Shown piece by piece: positions 1 through 8,753 of a stretch of 64,000 nt of DNA. The stretch comes from a virus: the IMG/VR virus record IMGVR_UViG_3300034358_000044, positions 32,001 to 96,000 of that record; one strand, written 5' to 3'. The notes beneath the pieces are model-generated. The model searched no databases, was not told the origin of the DNA, and saw only the letters and a program-made list of their open reading frames with translations. The position numbers and the translations under genes are program-made. Each line of letters opens with the position of its first letter. Position 1 is the first letter of the stretch.

Positions 1-13
1 GGCTGGCCTGTGG

Positions 14-691
14 ATGTGGGGACTGGCAATATCTCCACTCACACAAGAAGACGGACTGCGACCACATCAAGGAATTCAAGGGGGGATTGTCATGATGGAG
101 AAGGAGGCCAGGGAGCAGGACCCGGAGCTCAACAAGGCCAAGGCTGAACGAGATGCCCAGGCAGGCCTTCGTCTTCATCTGAACATCGACGACATCCGCC
201 AGAAGGCGTTGGAGATGGCCGTCCACATCCTTGCCGAGTTCAAGGGGTGGCCTACTGTCGTCGTCACTGGCGGTGCAGGCTCAGGGAAGACGACCTTCTC
301 CAAGGAGATGGCCATCTTCCTCGGAGTGAAGCATCTCGACTTCGACACCTACATTCCCGGGGGCTACACGCCCGACAAGAACGAGTACGAGCGCCGCTTC
401 AACAAGGGACTCTACGAGATGTGGGAGGATGTCCCTCCGAAGCAGGGGTGGGTCATCGAGCACGTCGAGAGCTGCAATGAGGACTTGGTTGGGCTCTACC
501 GCCCTGAGTACGCCATCCTCCTAGATCCGGGGGAAGAATGGTTGAGCAAAGCGGTAGAGGCCCGAGGAAACCGTAATGGTCTTTCTCGCGCCCTGCAATC
601 GTCTTCAACAGCCCGTTCTCAATTCAGAGAGCTGTCAGGAGAGGTGGTAGCAAAGCTACACGGCCTCACCCTCAAGAAGCTTGAGAGCTAA
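14..691 (+). CDS. P-loop nucleotide kinase-like protein; ORF is open to the window edge and may start upstream
   Basis: Walker A VVVTGGAGSGKTT followed by HLDFD; WVIEH strand. Confidence 0.6.
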   Translation: MWGLAISPLTQEDGLRPHQGIQGGIVMMEKEAREQDPELNKAKAERDAQAGLRLHLNIDDIRQKALEMAVHILAEFKGWPTVVVTGGAGSGKTTFSKEMAIFLGVKHLDFDTYIPGGYTPDKNEYERRFNKGLYEMWEDVPPKQGWVIEHVESCNEDLVGLYRPEYAILLDPGEEWLSKAVEARGNRNGLSRALQSSSTARSQFRELSGEVVAKLHGLTLKKLES

Positions 692-829
692 AAAGATTCA
701 CTGACCGTCCGGGATCGGGGAACGCACCCCTCATTCATCCGGCGGCCGACCTCCGTACTCAGTGGTGAGTGGCCGGGTCGCGTAAGTACAGCGATACACT
801 CTTGTGCCGAAGTTTCGAAAGGAATTGCA

Positions 830-1129
830 ATGCCCACTTTCAAAGAGCTGTCCGAACAACTGGCGGCGGTGAAGCTCAAGAGGACCGTCATCCAGCACCT
901 CATCGAGTACATCGATACCAACTTCCGCCCCATCGCTGGTGGTGAGTCGAAGAGCAAGCTGCTGACCGAGGACAAGGTCCCTGTCCCTCCCGCCATCTTC
1001 GAGGCGGTGGTCTCAGAAGTTCTTCTTCAAGTCGATGGAGAGCTCGAAACCCTGATGACAAGCATTCTGGATTCGAGTATTCAGTCGCCGTCACCCACCC
1101 CAGTCAGCACTACCCAGGAAGCGAACTAA
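830..1129 (+). CDS. hypothetical protein
   Basis: AAAGGAA SD before ATG; phage-like codon usage; abuts next ORF. Confidence 0.7.
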   Translation: MPTFKELSEQLAAVKLKRTVIQHLIEYIDTNFRPIAGGESKSKLLTEDKVPVPPAIFEAVVSEVLLQVDGELETLMTSILDSSIQSPSPTPVSTTQEAN

Positions 1130-1131
1130 CC

Positions 1132-1911
1132 GTGAGCGAGAACATCCCGCTGAACTCTGAAGCCGGCCAGCAGACTGTCGATGAGCTGATGGCCAAGATG
1201 ACCCCTGCCGACCAGGAGCTCTTCAAGAAGGCTCTTCAGGGCAAGACGCCCGTTCAGGTCGTGGTGGACCAGGATGGAACGGTCAGGCCGGCCTTCGAAG
1301 AGACTCCTGTCATCGACGCCGACCCGACGTCTCCTGCCGTGGAGCCTGTTCCTCTGGAGCCGGCACCGGAGAACGCCATCCCGGTTCAGAAGTTCCCCAA
1401 GGGTGCGGCCAAGCTGGAGGCCAAGAGGCAGCAGATTCTTCAGGACCGGATGCGCCGGCACATGGGCAGGGGTCTGAGCCAGGAGCAGGCGTGGCAGGCC
1501 ATCCAGAAGGAGGACTTCGACGCCCTCCCGATGGACAAGAAGTTCGCCCGGCTGGAGAACATGGTGTCGAACACCTTCCGCCAGCTGGCCCAGGAAATCG
1601 TCAACCTGGGGCAGGGGCATGCAGCGGTGGCCGACGCCTTCGACATCAACTACCGTGCGGTCCACAAGATCTTCGTCAAGCTGGGGGTGTCTCCTGAAGA
1701 GCAGCAGCTTCTCATTGCGGAGGCTCAAGGAGAGGTCGCTGAGATCCGGCGGCGCCAGCAGGAGGGACGTGCCGTTGCAGAGAAGGCTTTCAACGATGCA
1801 CAGGAGAAGCAGAGGGTCGAAGCCGAGCTCGCCTCCGCCGAGTCCCCCAACCAGGCTCCCTCCTCAGTCGGGGCGGAGCCTCCTCCGGAAGCTACGGTCT
1901 TCGGTGGGTAG
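1132..1911 (+). CDS. hypothetical protein, helical/coiled-coil
   Basis: 259-aa ORF, GTG start 3 nt after upstream stop. Confidence 0.75.
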   Translation: MSENIPLNSEAGQQTVDELMAKMTPADQELFKKALQGKTPVQVVVDQDGTVRPAFEETPVIDADPTSPAVEPVPLEPAPENAIPVQKFPKGAAKLEAKRQQILQDRMRRHMGRGLSQEQAWQAIQKEDFDALPMDKKFARLENMVSNTFRQLAQEIVNLGQGHAAVADAFDINYRAVHKIFVKLGVSPEEQQLLIAEAQGEVAEIRRRQQEGRAVAEKAFNDAQEKQRVEAELASAESPNQAPSSVGAEPPPEATVFGG

Positions 1912-2125
1912 GAAGCTCCTCTTCGCACTGCGCTTTCTTGGAGAGGTCACCACCCTCTGGGACATGGCCAACTCATCGACCTACAGAGCTCTATGGGGAG
2001 GCCGCTGGGAACAGTGGTGGATTGGCTCCCCAGTGAATTCCTACGTGTGGTTGAACGACCTCAAGGTCGGAGAACGTCCCGGCCTGGGTGAGTATCGTGA
2101 GAAAGTTGAAGACTACTCCTACTGA
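1904..2125 (+). CDS. small hypothetical protein
   Basis: GTG overlapping upstream stop; Trp-rich 73-aa frame fills the gap. Confidence 0.35.
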   Translation: MGRKLLFALRFLGEVTTLWDMANSSTYRALWGGRWEQWWIGSPVNSYVWLNDLKVGERPGLGEYREKVEDYSY

Positions 2126-2162
2126 GGGCTAACGAAGGAGGGCGGACCTGCCCCTCCTTCTG

Positions 2163-3287
2163 TTACTCGTCGAGCTCGGTGGAGACGACGACCTTCGTCC
2201 GCACCTTGACCTCGCGGAAGACACGGATGTCCTCTCTCTTCACCCCGACCACATCGACCAGGCGGTCGATGCTCTGGGAGAGATGCTCCTTGCTGGTGAA
2301 CTCCGGCTGGCCGCAACCGGGCCAGTAGAGCAGCATCGGGAGCGGCGTGACAGGGCCGACCACCGGGGGAACATACACCGGCACAGCCTGTGCTTCCTGC
2401 GGAACCAGTTTCATCTCTTCCTCTTCCTCTTCACGCTCTTGGGTTGCGAGACGCTTTCCTCGGTAGGGGAGCCCGCTGAGCTCCCTCACCTGTTTCATGA
2501 TGTCGAGGACGATACGCTGGTCGCGGCTGATGCTGAAAACTGACTGCAGCACCATAGATGCGTCCCAGGAGTTGGCCTCAGGATTCTTCAAGAAGAAGTC
2601 CTCCAGCCAGTGGTCCCGAACCTTTCGACCCTCTTCGGAGTCCTGAGACCCCTGAGCAACCTGCTCTGTCGTCGTGGTGGGGAGTGTGAGGGTCGAGAGC
2701 CTCTCAAGCACCTGCTGCTTGTAGTCTCTCACCAACTCGACCACCTTTGACTGCGGAGCCTCTGCAGACTTCAGGGCCTGCTGCTTGGCTTCTTCGGCCC
2801 TCTCCTTGGCCCACTGCTCCTCCTTCGCCTTGCTGCGTTCCAACTGCTCAGCCTCCCGCTCTTCCCGCACCTTCTTGCGCCGCTCGCGCTCCTCCTGATC
2901 TTCTTGGAGTTTCTCTGCCCCACCCTGCTGAAGGGTGACCCGAAGTGGGGTGGGGGCGGCCATCAACTTCTCTGACACCTTCTCCAAGACCCCATCGGTT
3001 GCTGCCTTCGCCCATTCCTTGGATGAGACTCCGAGTTGGGCCAATATGGCCCCTTCCCGAACCAGCTCGTCACTCGGGAACCCTTGAAGGGCGGTGTACG
3101 CGCCCTTCTTCAGTTGACGGCGGATGGCGACGAGTTCGTCCTTGTTTGCCGGGATTCCGTCCTTCAACAGCTCTCGGATGAGGGCGTTGATTCCGAGGTT
3201 GGGGTGTTTGACGATGTAGGACCTTATCTGTTGGACACGTTTCTCGTTGTCCTTGGTGATGTTCGTCATGTACTTCCGTGATGACAT
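2163..3287 (-). CDS. hypothetical protein with charged coiled-coil segment
   Basis: 374-aa ORF, AAGGAG SD, conserved upstream motif at 3338-3349. Confidence 0.8.
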   Translation of the reverse strand: MSSRKYMTNITKDNEKRVQQIRSYIVKHPNLGINALIRELLKDGIPANKDELVAIRRQLKKGAYTALQGFPSDELVREGAILAQLGVSSKEWAKAATDGVLEKVSEKLMAAPTPLRVTLQQGGAEKLQEDQEERERRKKVREEREAEQLERSKAKEEQWAKERAEEAKQQALKSAEAPQSKVVELVRDYKQQVLERLSTLTLPTTTTEQVAQGSQDSEEGRKVRDHWLEDFFLKNPEANSWDASMVLQSVFSISRDQRIVLDIMKQVRELSGLPYRGKRLATQEREEEEEEMKLVPQEAQAVPVYVPPVVGPVTPLPMLLYWPGCGQPEFTSKEHLSQSIDRLVDVVGVKREDIRVFREVKVRTKVVVSTELDE

Positions 3288-3337
3288 GTTTTTCTCCTTA
3301 CCGTTGGTGAAGAGATTCAGCAGAGAGTCTGCTGTAT

Positions 3338-3349
3338 CCTTATGCCGAA
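3338..3349 (-). promoter_or_regulatory. candidate phage promoter motif TTCGGCATAAGG
   Basis: identical or near-identical 12-mer recurs at 14698 and 54606, degenerate at 11200 and 59164, each upstream of a minus-strand unit. Confidence 0.5.
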
Positions 3350-3415
3350 ATGGAGGAGAGAATAACCAAGGGCTAAGAGGAGTCCCCCGGCTCTCGCCGG
3401 GGGCTCTTGGTTCTC

Positions 3416-4489
3416 TTAGACCTCCAGGAATCGTGCGAAGCCCTTCGTCTTGGCGAGGGCAACCCGCCCAGCTTCTTCTGCAGTCTGCTCCAGTGCAAGG
3501 CTCCCGATGGAGTTCAGCAAGTTCTTGAACTCAGTCGTGGCGAAGCTGGTGCCATTGATGCTCTCCGAGGTGAGCTCGAAGTTGATGCTGCCGTCCGCAT
3601 TGCGACGGATGAAACGCTCTCGTGCATCATCCACCTGCTTCCTCCAGTCCGATGAACCGGTGAAATCGATGGCGTTGAAAGTCTCGAAGGCCTCGAAGAG
3701 AGGCCTCAGGTTCTTCGGGTTGAGCTTGCCCTGCTTCTCCAGCATGTTCTTCGCCTGGGCAGCAGCCTCCCCGAGTGCGCGGTGCATGTCGGAGGTGGCA
3801 GTCCTCACCCAGCTCTGCAGGTCCGCCCTGAGGGCTTCCCGTGCAGCCAGCAGCTCATCCTGTTGCAGGGTGTTGAGCTCTTCCAGCCCCTCCACTGCGC
3901 TCACCTTGAACATCCTCCAGGTGAAGCGGAACATCTGCGGGAGCTCATCCACGGGTGGGTAGAGCTTCCGGTGCTGCAGCTTCTGCATCTCCAGCCACTC
4001 CTCCAGCTCCTTCTGCCTCTCCGCCCTCTGGGAACTCACTGGGGTGCCTGGCCCCTTGGCCAGTTCCCGCATCATCAGGTCCTCGCTCTGGGAGTCGAGG
4101 ATGGAGAGCTGACGGGCCTTGAGCTCGGGGTAGTTGTCCACCAGGTCCTGCACTGCGCTGTTCCAGTCCCTCTGGAGGCTCCTCAGGCGCACCAGGAGGT
4201 CCGGCAGGGCACGGAAGTACACGAACCTGGCCCCGGACAGGGGGAATTCCAGGGAACGACCAGCCAGGGCCGTACGAGCCAGCCCCTCCAGCGTGACGAG
4301 CCGGCCCATCGCTTCCTTGGGGAGCAGCTTCTTGTGTCCCAGATAGATGGCGTCGTCGTTGATGCTGCCCTCCAACAACACGTCGTTCGACCTCAACTTC
4401 TTCTGGAAGGTAGGCTTGCCCACGAAGAGGTCGAACAGGGTCCCCTTGTCGAAGAGGATTTCAGTCGGTTGAGACTCTTGAGTCGTCAT
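3416..4489 (-). CDS. DUF3150-like protein
   Basis: size, LGHKKLLP and F-x-F-x-W-x-x-F segments resemble DUF3150; lies in DUF2997/DUF1257/AAA cluster; start moved to ATG 4489. Confidence 0.55.
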   Translation of the reverse strand: MTTQESQPTEILFDKGTLFDLFVGKPTFQKKLRSNDVLLEGSINDDAIYLGHKKLLPKEAMGRLVTLEGLARTALAGRSLEFPLSGARFVYFRALPDLLVRLRSLQRDWNSAVQDLVDNYPELKARQLSILDSQSEDLMMRELAKGPGTPVSSQRAERQKELEEWLEMQKLQHRKLYPPVDELPQMFRFTWRMFKVSAVEGLEELNTLQQDELLAAREALRADLQSWVRTATSDMHRALGEAAAQAKNMLEKQGKLNPKNLRPLFEAFETFNAIDFTGSSDWRKQVDDARERFIRRNADGSINFELTSESINGTSFATTEFKNLLNSIGSLALEQTAEEAGRVALAKTKGFARFLEV

Positions 4490-4500
4490 TGATACTCCAA

Positions 4501-4539
4501 AGAGAAAGCCCCCACACAGCACGAGGCCGTGTGGGGGCT
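4501..4539 (-). terminator. intrinsic terminator-like hairpin
   Basis: AGCCCCCACAC/GTGTGGGGGCT inverted repeat followed by TTTCTCT on minus strand. Confidence 0.55.
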
Positions 4540-4553
4540 GATGGGAGGTGGAC

Positions 4554-4763
4554 TCAGTTGCCGGTCTTCAGCTTGTCCTTGACGACTTCCTTGTCGAAGA
4601 ACTCCGGCTTCTTCTTCCTGCTGGTGACGTCGCCGCCGAGAGCCTCCTCGATGGACTTGGTGATGTCGGTGCAGACGGAGCCCTTGGCTCCATCGACCTC
4701 GATCTTCACGTCGGCCGCCCCGGGGGGAATCAACAGCGTGACGGTGTGGTAGTTGTTTGCCAT
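4554..4763 (-). CDS. DUF2997 family protein
   Basis: I-x-P-G..VKIEVDGAKGSVCTDITKSIEEALG pattern. Confidence 0.75.
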   Translation of the reverse strand: MANNYHTVTLLIPPGAADVKIEVDGAKGSVCTDITKSIEEALGGDVTSRKKKPEFFDKEVVKDKLKTGN

Positions 4764-4765
4764 GG

Positions 4766-5152
4766 TCAGTACTCCACCACTCGGTTGAACTTGATCTTCG
4801 TGTCGGACTGCTTGACCTTCACCTTGCCTGGGCTGGTAGTCGATGCAGCGGAGGCGGGGACGGAAGGCTGAAGGTTGAACTCCTTCACCTCGAACGTTTC
4901 CCCGTTACGCCAGGACTTCAGAATCTCCGGCACATCACCTTGGACGGTGTCGGTGTGCTTGCAGCGACGCGACTGCCCCTTCTTCACGAAGCGCCAGCCG
5001 GGGCAGTTGCAGCTCACGGTGCCGTCCTGGTTGAGCTGTGCGACGTAGTCGAACATCACGCCGCCAGCCAGTGGGGTCTTGCTGGACTTGAAGCCCCACG
5101 TGAAGACCGGGGTCTTGTCCTCTGCCTTCTTCGGTGCCTTGATGCGTGCCAT
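4766..5152 (-). CDS. SWIM zinc-finger protein
   Basis: SCNCPGW...CKH (CxC-x(n)-CxH) motif; start at ATG 5152. Confidence 0.8.
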   Translation of the reverse strand: MARIKAPKKAEDKTPVFTWGFKSSKTPLAGGVMFDYVAQLNQDGTVSCNCPGWRFVKKGQSRRCKHTDTVQGDVPEILKSWRNGETFEVKEFNLQPSVPASAASTTSPGKVKVKQSDTKIKFNRVVEY

Positions 5153-5190
5153 GTAGAGTTTCCTTCTTGGGCGTTGCAGTGGTTGGAACA

Positions 5191-5607
5191 TCAGCCGTAC
5201 TTGGTCGCCACGAGCTTGACGACGCCGTCCTTCATCACTTCGCGCTTCAGGGTGTAGCCCTGGGCCTTCAACTTCTTCGAGGCCACGCGCTCGGCGTAGT
5301 CCTGGGCGATGCGGTTCTGGCTCTCGACGGGGAAGTCGGTCGGGTCGGCGTACAGGTTGTACGTCCCGTCCTCCTGCCTCTCGTAGCCGATGTCGTTCCA
5401 GCCGTAGTTGTGGAACGTCTTCTTCACGGCGTCCTTGCGCACGACGATATGCGCCTTCTTGGCGGCCGACCGGTCGTAGCCCTCCATCCTGACAGGGGTG
5501 TCGTGGACTTCGACCGAGTTCTCCCCGAAGACCTGCCTCAGGGAGTTGATGAGCTCGGTCTCGGACTTCTGGAGGAACTTCGGCTTCAATTCAGTGAGGT
5601 GTGACAT
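5191..5607 (-). CDS. DUF1257 (Ycf35-like) family protein
   Basis: MSH start, DIGYERQEDGTY, Q-x-YA, QGY motifs; AAGGAG SD. Confidence 0.75.
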   Translation of the reverse strand: MSHLTELKPKFLQKSETELINSLRQVFGENSVEVHDTPVRMEGYDRSAAKKAHIVVRKDAVKKTFHNYGWNDIGYERQEDGTYNLYADPTDFPVESQNRIAQDYAERVASKKLKAQGYTLKREVMKDGVVKLVATKYG

Positions 5608-5648
5608 GGGTTCTCCTTGAGGCGAGTTGTACCAGACGGGTCTGACAT

Positions 5649-7283
5649 TCAGACCTGAACGGAGCGTCCAGAGGCGGAAGGCGGAGGGACGGCCACCTCG
5701 GGGGTGTTGGCCGGGCGGGTACGGCGCTCGCACCAACGACGGATGGCGTCGATCTTCTCCTTCATCGTCTTGGACAGGGGGTTGGTGCTGTCGAAGCTGT
5801 GCTGCAGGTCGAAGTCGTTGAGGTCCTTCTCCCCATCGAATGCTGCGTACATGGCGTCGTTGATGGCTGCCTCGATCTCTGCCCCGGTGAAGCCTTCGGT
5901 GGTCTCCCCAGCGAAGTGGTCGAGCTTGATCTTCCCGCTCATGATGAGGTGACCACGGTTCTTCTTCTTGATGTGAATCTCCAGGATTTCCTTCCGCTCA
6001 GCCTGGTTGGGGAGATCCACCGAGAACATCTCGTCGAAGCGGCCCTTCCGAAGGAGCTCGGGAGGGATGCCGGTGACGTCGTTGGCCGTGGCGAACACGA
6101 ACACCGGGCTCTTCTTCTCCTGCATCCAGGTGAGGATGGTACCCATCACGCGGGCTCCCACACCAGAGTCCAGGTTGCCTGCCCCGCTGCCGGCAGTGCC
6201 CTTCTCGATTTCGTCCACCCACAGGATGCAGGGGCTGATGGTCTCTGCCACCTGCAGGGCGTTGCGGATGTTGGCCTCTGACTGCCCCACCAGGCTCCCG
6301 AACATCTTGCCCATGTCGAGGCGCAGGAGGGGCATGGCGAGCTCACTGGAGGCAGCCTTGGCCGTCAGGGACTTCCCGCAGCCGGGAGGCCCCACGAGGA
6401 TGATGCCCTTCGGAGCAGGCAGCCCGAAGTCCTTGGCCTTCTGGGTGAAGGCGTTCTTCCGCTTGGAGAGCCAGCTCTTGAGGTTCTGCAGGCCTCCGAC
6501 GTCCTTCAGGCCCGAGGGGGAGACCGGGATGTACTCCAGCAACCCCGTCTTCTTCAGCGCCTGGCACTTCTCCTCCATGACGATGCGGGGGTCCCAGATG
6601 TCCTTGCTCTTGGCGATGCGAGGACGGATGAGGGAGAGCGACAGTGCGTTCTCAGCCTCGCTGGTGGTGAGACCCAAGGCCGCCTCGATGAGCTCCTCCT
6701 TGCGCCCCTCGGAGGGCACCATGTCCCCCTTGAGCTGAGAGCCCTCGATGATGCCGTTCAGCACGTCGTGGAGCTGCTGCTCTCCGGGGAGCTGCGTCTC
6801 CACCAGGGCGAACTCCTTCTCCAGCTCCATCGGCAGCTTGGAGACCGGGGTGAGGACGACCAGCATGCGCTGCGTCATCTTGTACTCCGGGATGATGTCC
6901 AGCAGCAGCGACTGCACCAACGGGTCATCCAGGAAGTGGTGGAAGAGGCGCAGCACCACGATGGACTTGCTGGGGATGACGTACCGCTTGTCCTTCGCCT
7001 TCGGATCCACCACGCCGGTGAGGGCGTTGAGCAACCCAGGTGGGAGCTCGGTGTCCGCGATGGGGTCCTTCTTGCCGTCCTCCAGGATGCCCTTGCCGAA
7101 GGTCCAGGTGAACAGCTTGCGGTCCAGCTCGTGGGCCGCAGACTGAATCTCCTTCTGGCTCCTCATGTCCTCGGCGGACACGAGGTAGAGCGCGGCGTAG
7201 CCGGCCCGAGCCTTCTCGAAGATGGTCCTGGCGGTTGCTGGCTTCTCTTCCTTCTTCAGCGTGTCCTTCTTCTCATCAGCCAT
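5649..7283 (-). CDS. Ycf46-like AAA+ ATPase
   Basis: Walker A GPPGCGKS, Walker B LWVDEIEK, ATAN sensor, LLRKGRFDE Arg finger, DVGGLQNLKSWL. Confidence 0.9.
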   Translation of the reverse strand: MADEKKDTLKKEEKPATARTIFEKARAGYAALYLVSAEDMRSQKEIQSAAHELDRKLFTWTFGKGILEDGKKDPIADTELPPGLLNALTGVVDPKAKDKRYVIPSKSIVVLRLFHHFLDDPLVQSLLLDIIPEYKMTQRMLVVLTPVSKLPMELEKEFALVETQLPGEQQLHDVLNGIIEGSQLKGDMVPSEGRKEELIEAALGLTTSEAENALSLSLIRPRIAKSKDIWDPRIVMEEKCQALKKTGLLEYIPVSPSGLKDVGGLQNLKSWLSKRKNAFTQKAKDFGLPAPKGIILVGPPGCGKSLTAKAASSELAMPLLRLDMGKMFGSLVGQSEANIRNALQVAETISPCILWVDEIEKGTAGSGAGNLDSGVGARVMGTILTWMQEKKSPVFVFATANDVTGIPPELLRKGRFDEMFSVDLPNQAERKEILEIHIKKKNRGHLIMSGKIKLDHFAGETTEGFTGAEIEAAINDAMYAAFDGEKDLNDFDLQHSFDSTNPLSKTMKEKIDAIRRWCERRTRPANTPEVAVPPPSASGRSVQV

Positions 7284-7611
7284 TGCGGAGCTCCCAGAAG
7301 AATCTGACTTCGAGTTCCAACGCTTCCTTGCGGGTCTTGAAGAAGTGCAAGGCGTCGGTGCGGTTGCAGTAGAAAGCAGTGATGTTACCCTTCGTCTCGG
7401 ACCTGATGGCGAGAGTGCGGTCCTTCACTGACCGAACGACCCAGCCCTGCATGCCCTCCCAATCGGACCACTCCTCCCACTCCACGTCAGAGACGCGGCA
7501 AGAGCGAGTCACATCGGCTCCGATGGTTTCAGCGAACGCCTCGATGCCCTCTTGGTAGATGGTCTCGATGGTTCCGTCCGCCCCTATCTTCAGGTCGAAT
7601 TCTTGTTTCAT
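7276..7611 (-). CDS. hypothetical protein, translationally coupled to the AAA ATPase
   Basis: 111-aa ORF overlapping the AAA start; R-x-SDVEW and F-x-TR-x-EAL-x-x-E motifs. Confidence 0.7.
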   Translation of the reverse strand: MKQEFDLKIGADGTIETIYQEGIEAFAETIGADVTRSCRVSDVEWEEWSDWEGMQGWVVRSVKDRTLAIRSETKGNITAFYCNRTDALHFFKTRKEALELEVRFFWELRNG

Positions 7612-7707
7612 AGCCGCCTCGGTTTCCACCTGTAGAGGCACGCGGCCATCGCGGTCAGGTCATTCAACGGCTTCCCGCAAGTTTCACACAAGCGGTCGTC
7701 GAAGTAG

Positions 7708-8292
7708 CTACTTCCAGGTGATGTGGGGGAGCTCGATGCTGGGCTTTCCGGCGTAGCCGACTTCCCAGATGAAGCATCCGTACTCGTTGGTGTCATTGAC
7801 AGCCTTTGCTCCTTTCACGAAGCTGGGACGTCCCACAATGGGGATGACCCATCTGAGCTGGCCCTGGTTCCAGAGGGTCGCAGCTCGGGCCTTGCCACCG
7901 AAGAAGTTCATCTTCAAGAGGAAGGCTATGTGACTGCCGGGGAGAAGATACTCAAGTCCAGCGAAGATGTGATCCTCAGCCAGACTGAATGGTGGGTTGC
8001 CTACTACGAGGGTCGGCCCCTCCACCTTGTACTGCTTGACCCATTGGACCCAATCGGCCTTGTGGACGTCATCAGCGCCAGCTTTATGGAGCGCCTTCAC
8101 ACTTGGATGAGTGTCGATGGCGATGAGCGGAGGTAAGCTCCAGAGCTGCCTCAAGGGTCGTACGAAGACCCCAGTTCCGGCAGACGGCTCAATGACTTCG
8201 AAGTGCCCTATGGGCAACAGCTCCGAGAGTCTCTTGCAGATGGCTTCAGCTAGTGCTGGTGGCGTCGGGTAGTTGTCAACCCGTGCGCCCAT
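7708..8292 (-). CDS. orphan DNA amino-methyltransferase (m6A/m4C)
   Basis: motif I IEPSAGTG and motif IV GNPPF. Confidence 0.85.
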   Translation of the reverse strand: MGARVDNYPTPPALAEAICKRLSELLPIGHFEVIEPSAGTGVFVRPLRQLWSLPPLIAIDTHPSVKALHKAGADDVHKADWVQWVKQYKVEGPTLVVGNPPFSLAEDHIFAGLEYLLPGSHIAFLLKMNFFGGKARAATLWNQGQLRWVIPIVGRPSFVKGAKAVNDTNEYGCFIWEVGYAGKPSIELPHITWK

Positions 8293-8725
8293 TTCTACCT
8301 CTTGTCATCTTTGGTGGTGGGGGTGGGATTACCAACCCGGTGGACTTCTTTGCAGGCCTGCGACGCATCGAAACTGCCTTCTCGAACCAGCGAATCTTCC
8401 TGGCCCGGATGTCGATGACCTTGAAGGACGAGCGCCAGTCAGGGCACTGGATGTCGTACCTGCGGTCTGGGCACATCTCGTGGGCGATGACGAACTCGTC
8501 CTTGATGGCTACCCGGCTGTCATCGGTGTTGTCGTCCTTGTAGTAGACGAGAGTCGATGCCCCGCACCCGTGGCAGCAGAGCTCGATCTTCCCGTAGCCC
8601 AGCTCCTCGTACTCCGTGGTGTCCGTCATGTAGTGCAGGTGAATCTGGGGTGCCTTGGTGATGGTGTCGATGGCGAACAGGCCCAGGTGTGACGTGTGTC
8701 CGCAGCCTAGAACGGTCGCGCTCAT
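8276..8725 (-). CDS. Cys-rich hypothetical protein (zinc-binding)
   Basis: CGH, CCHGC, H-x-x-C motifs; overlaps MTase start. Confidence 0.65.
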   Translation of the reverse strand: MSATVLGCGHTSHLGLFAIDTITKAPQIHLHYMTDTTEYEELGYGKIELCCHGCGASTLVYYKDDNTDDSRVAIKDEFVIAHEMCPDRRYDIQCPDWRSSFKVIDIRARKIRWFEKAVSMRRRPAKKSTGLVIPPPPPKMTRGRNGRTG

Positions 8726-8753
8726 TGGTGCTCCTCAGTCGAGTTGGGCTGAT

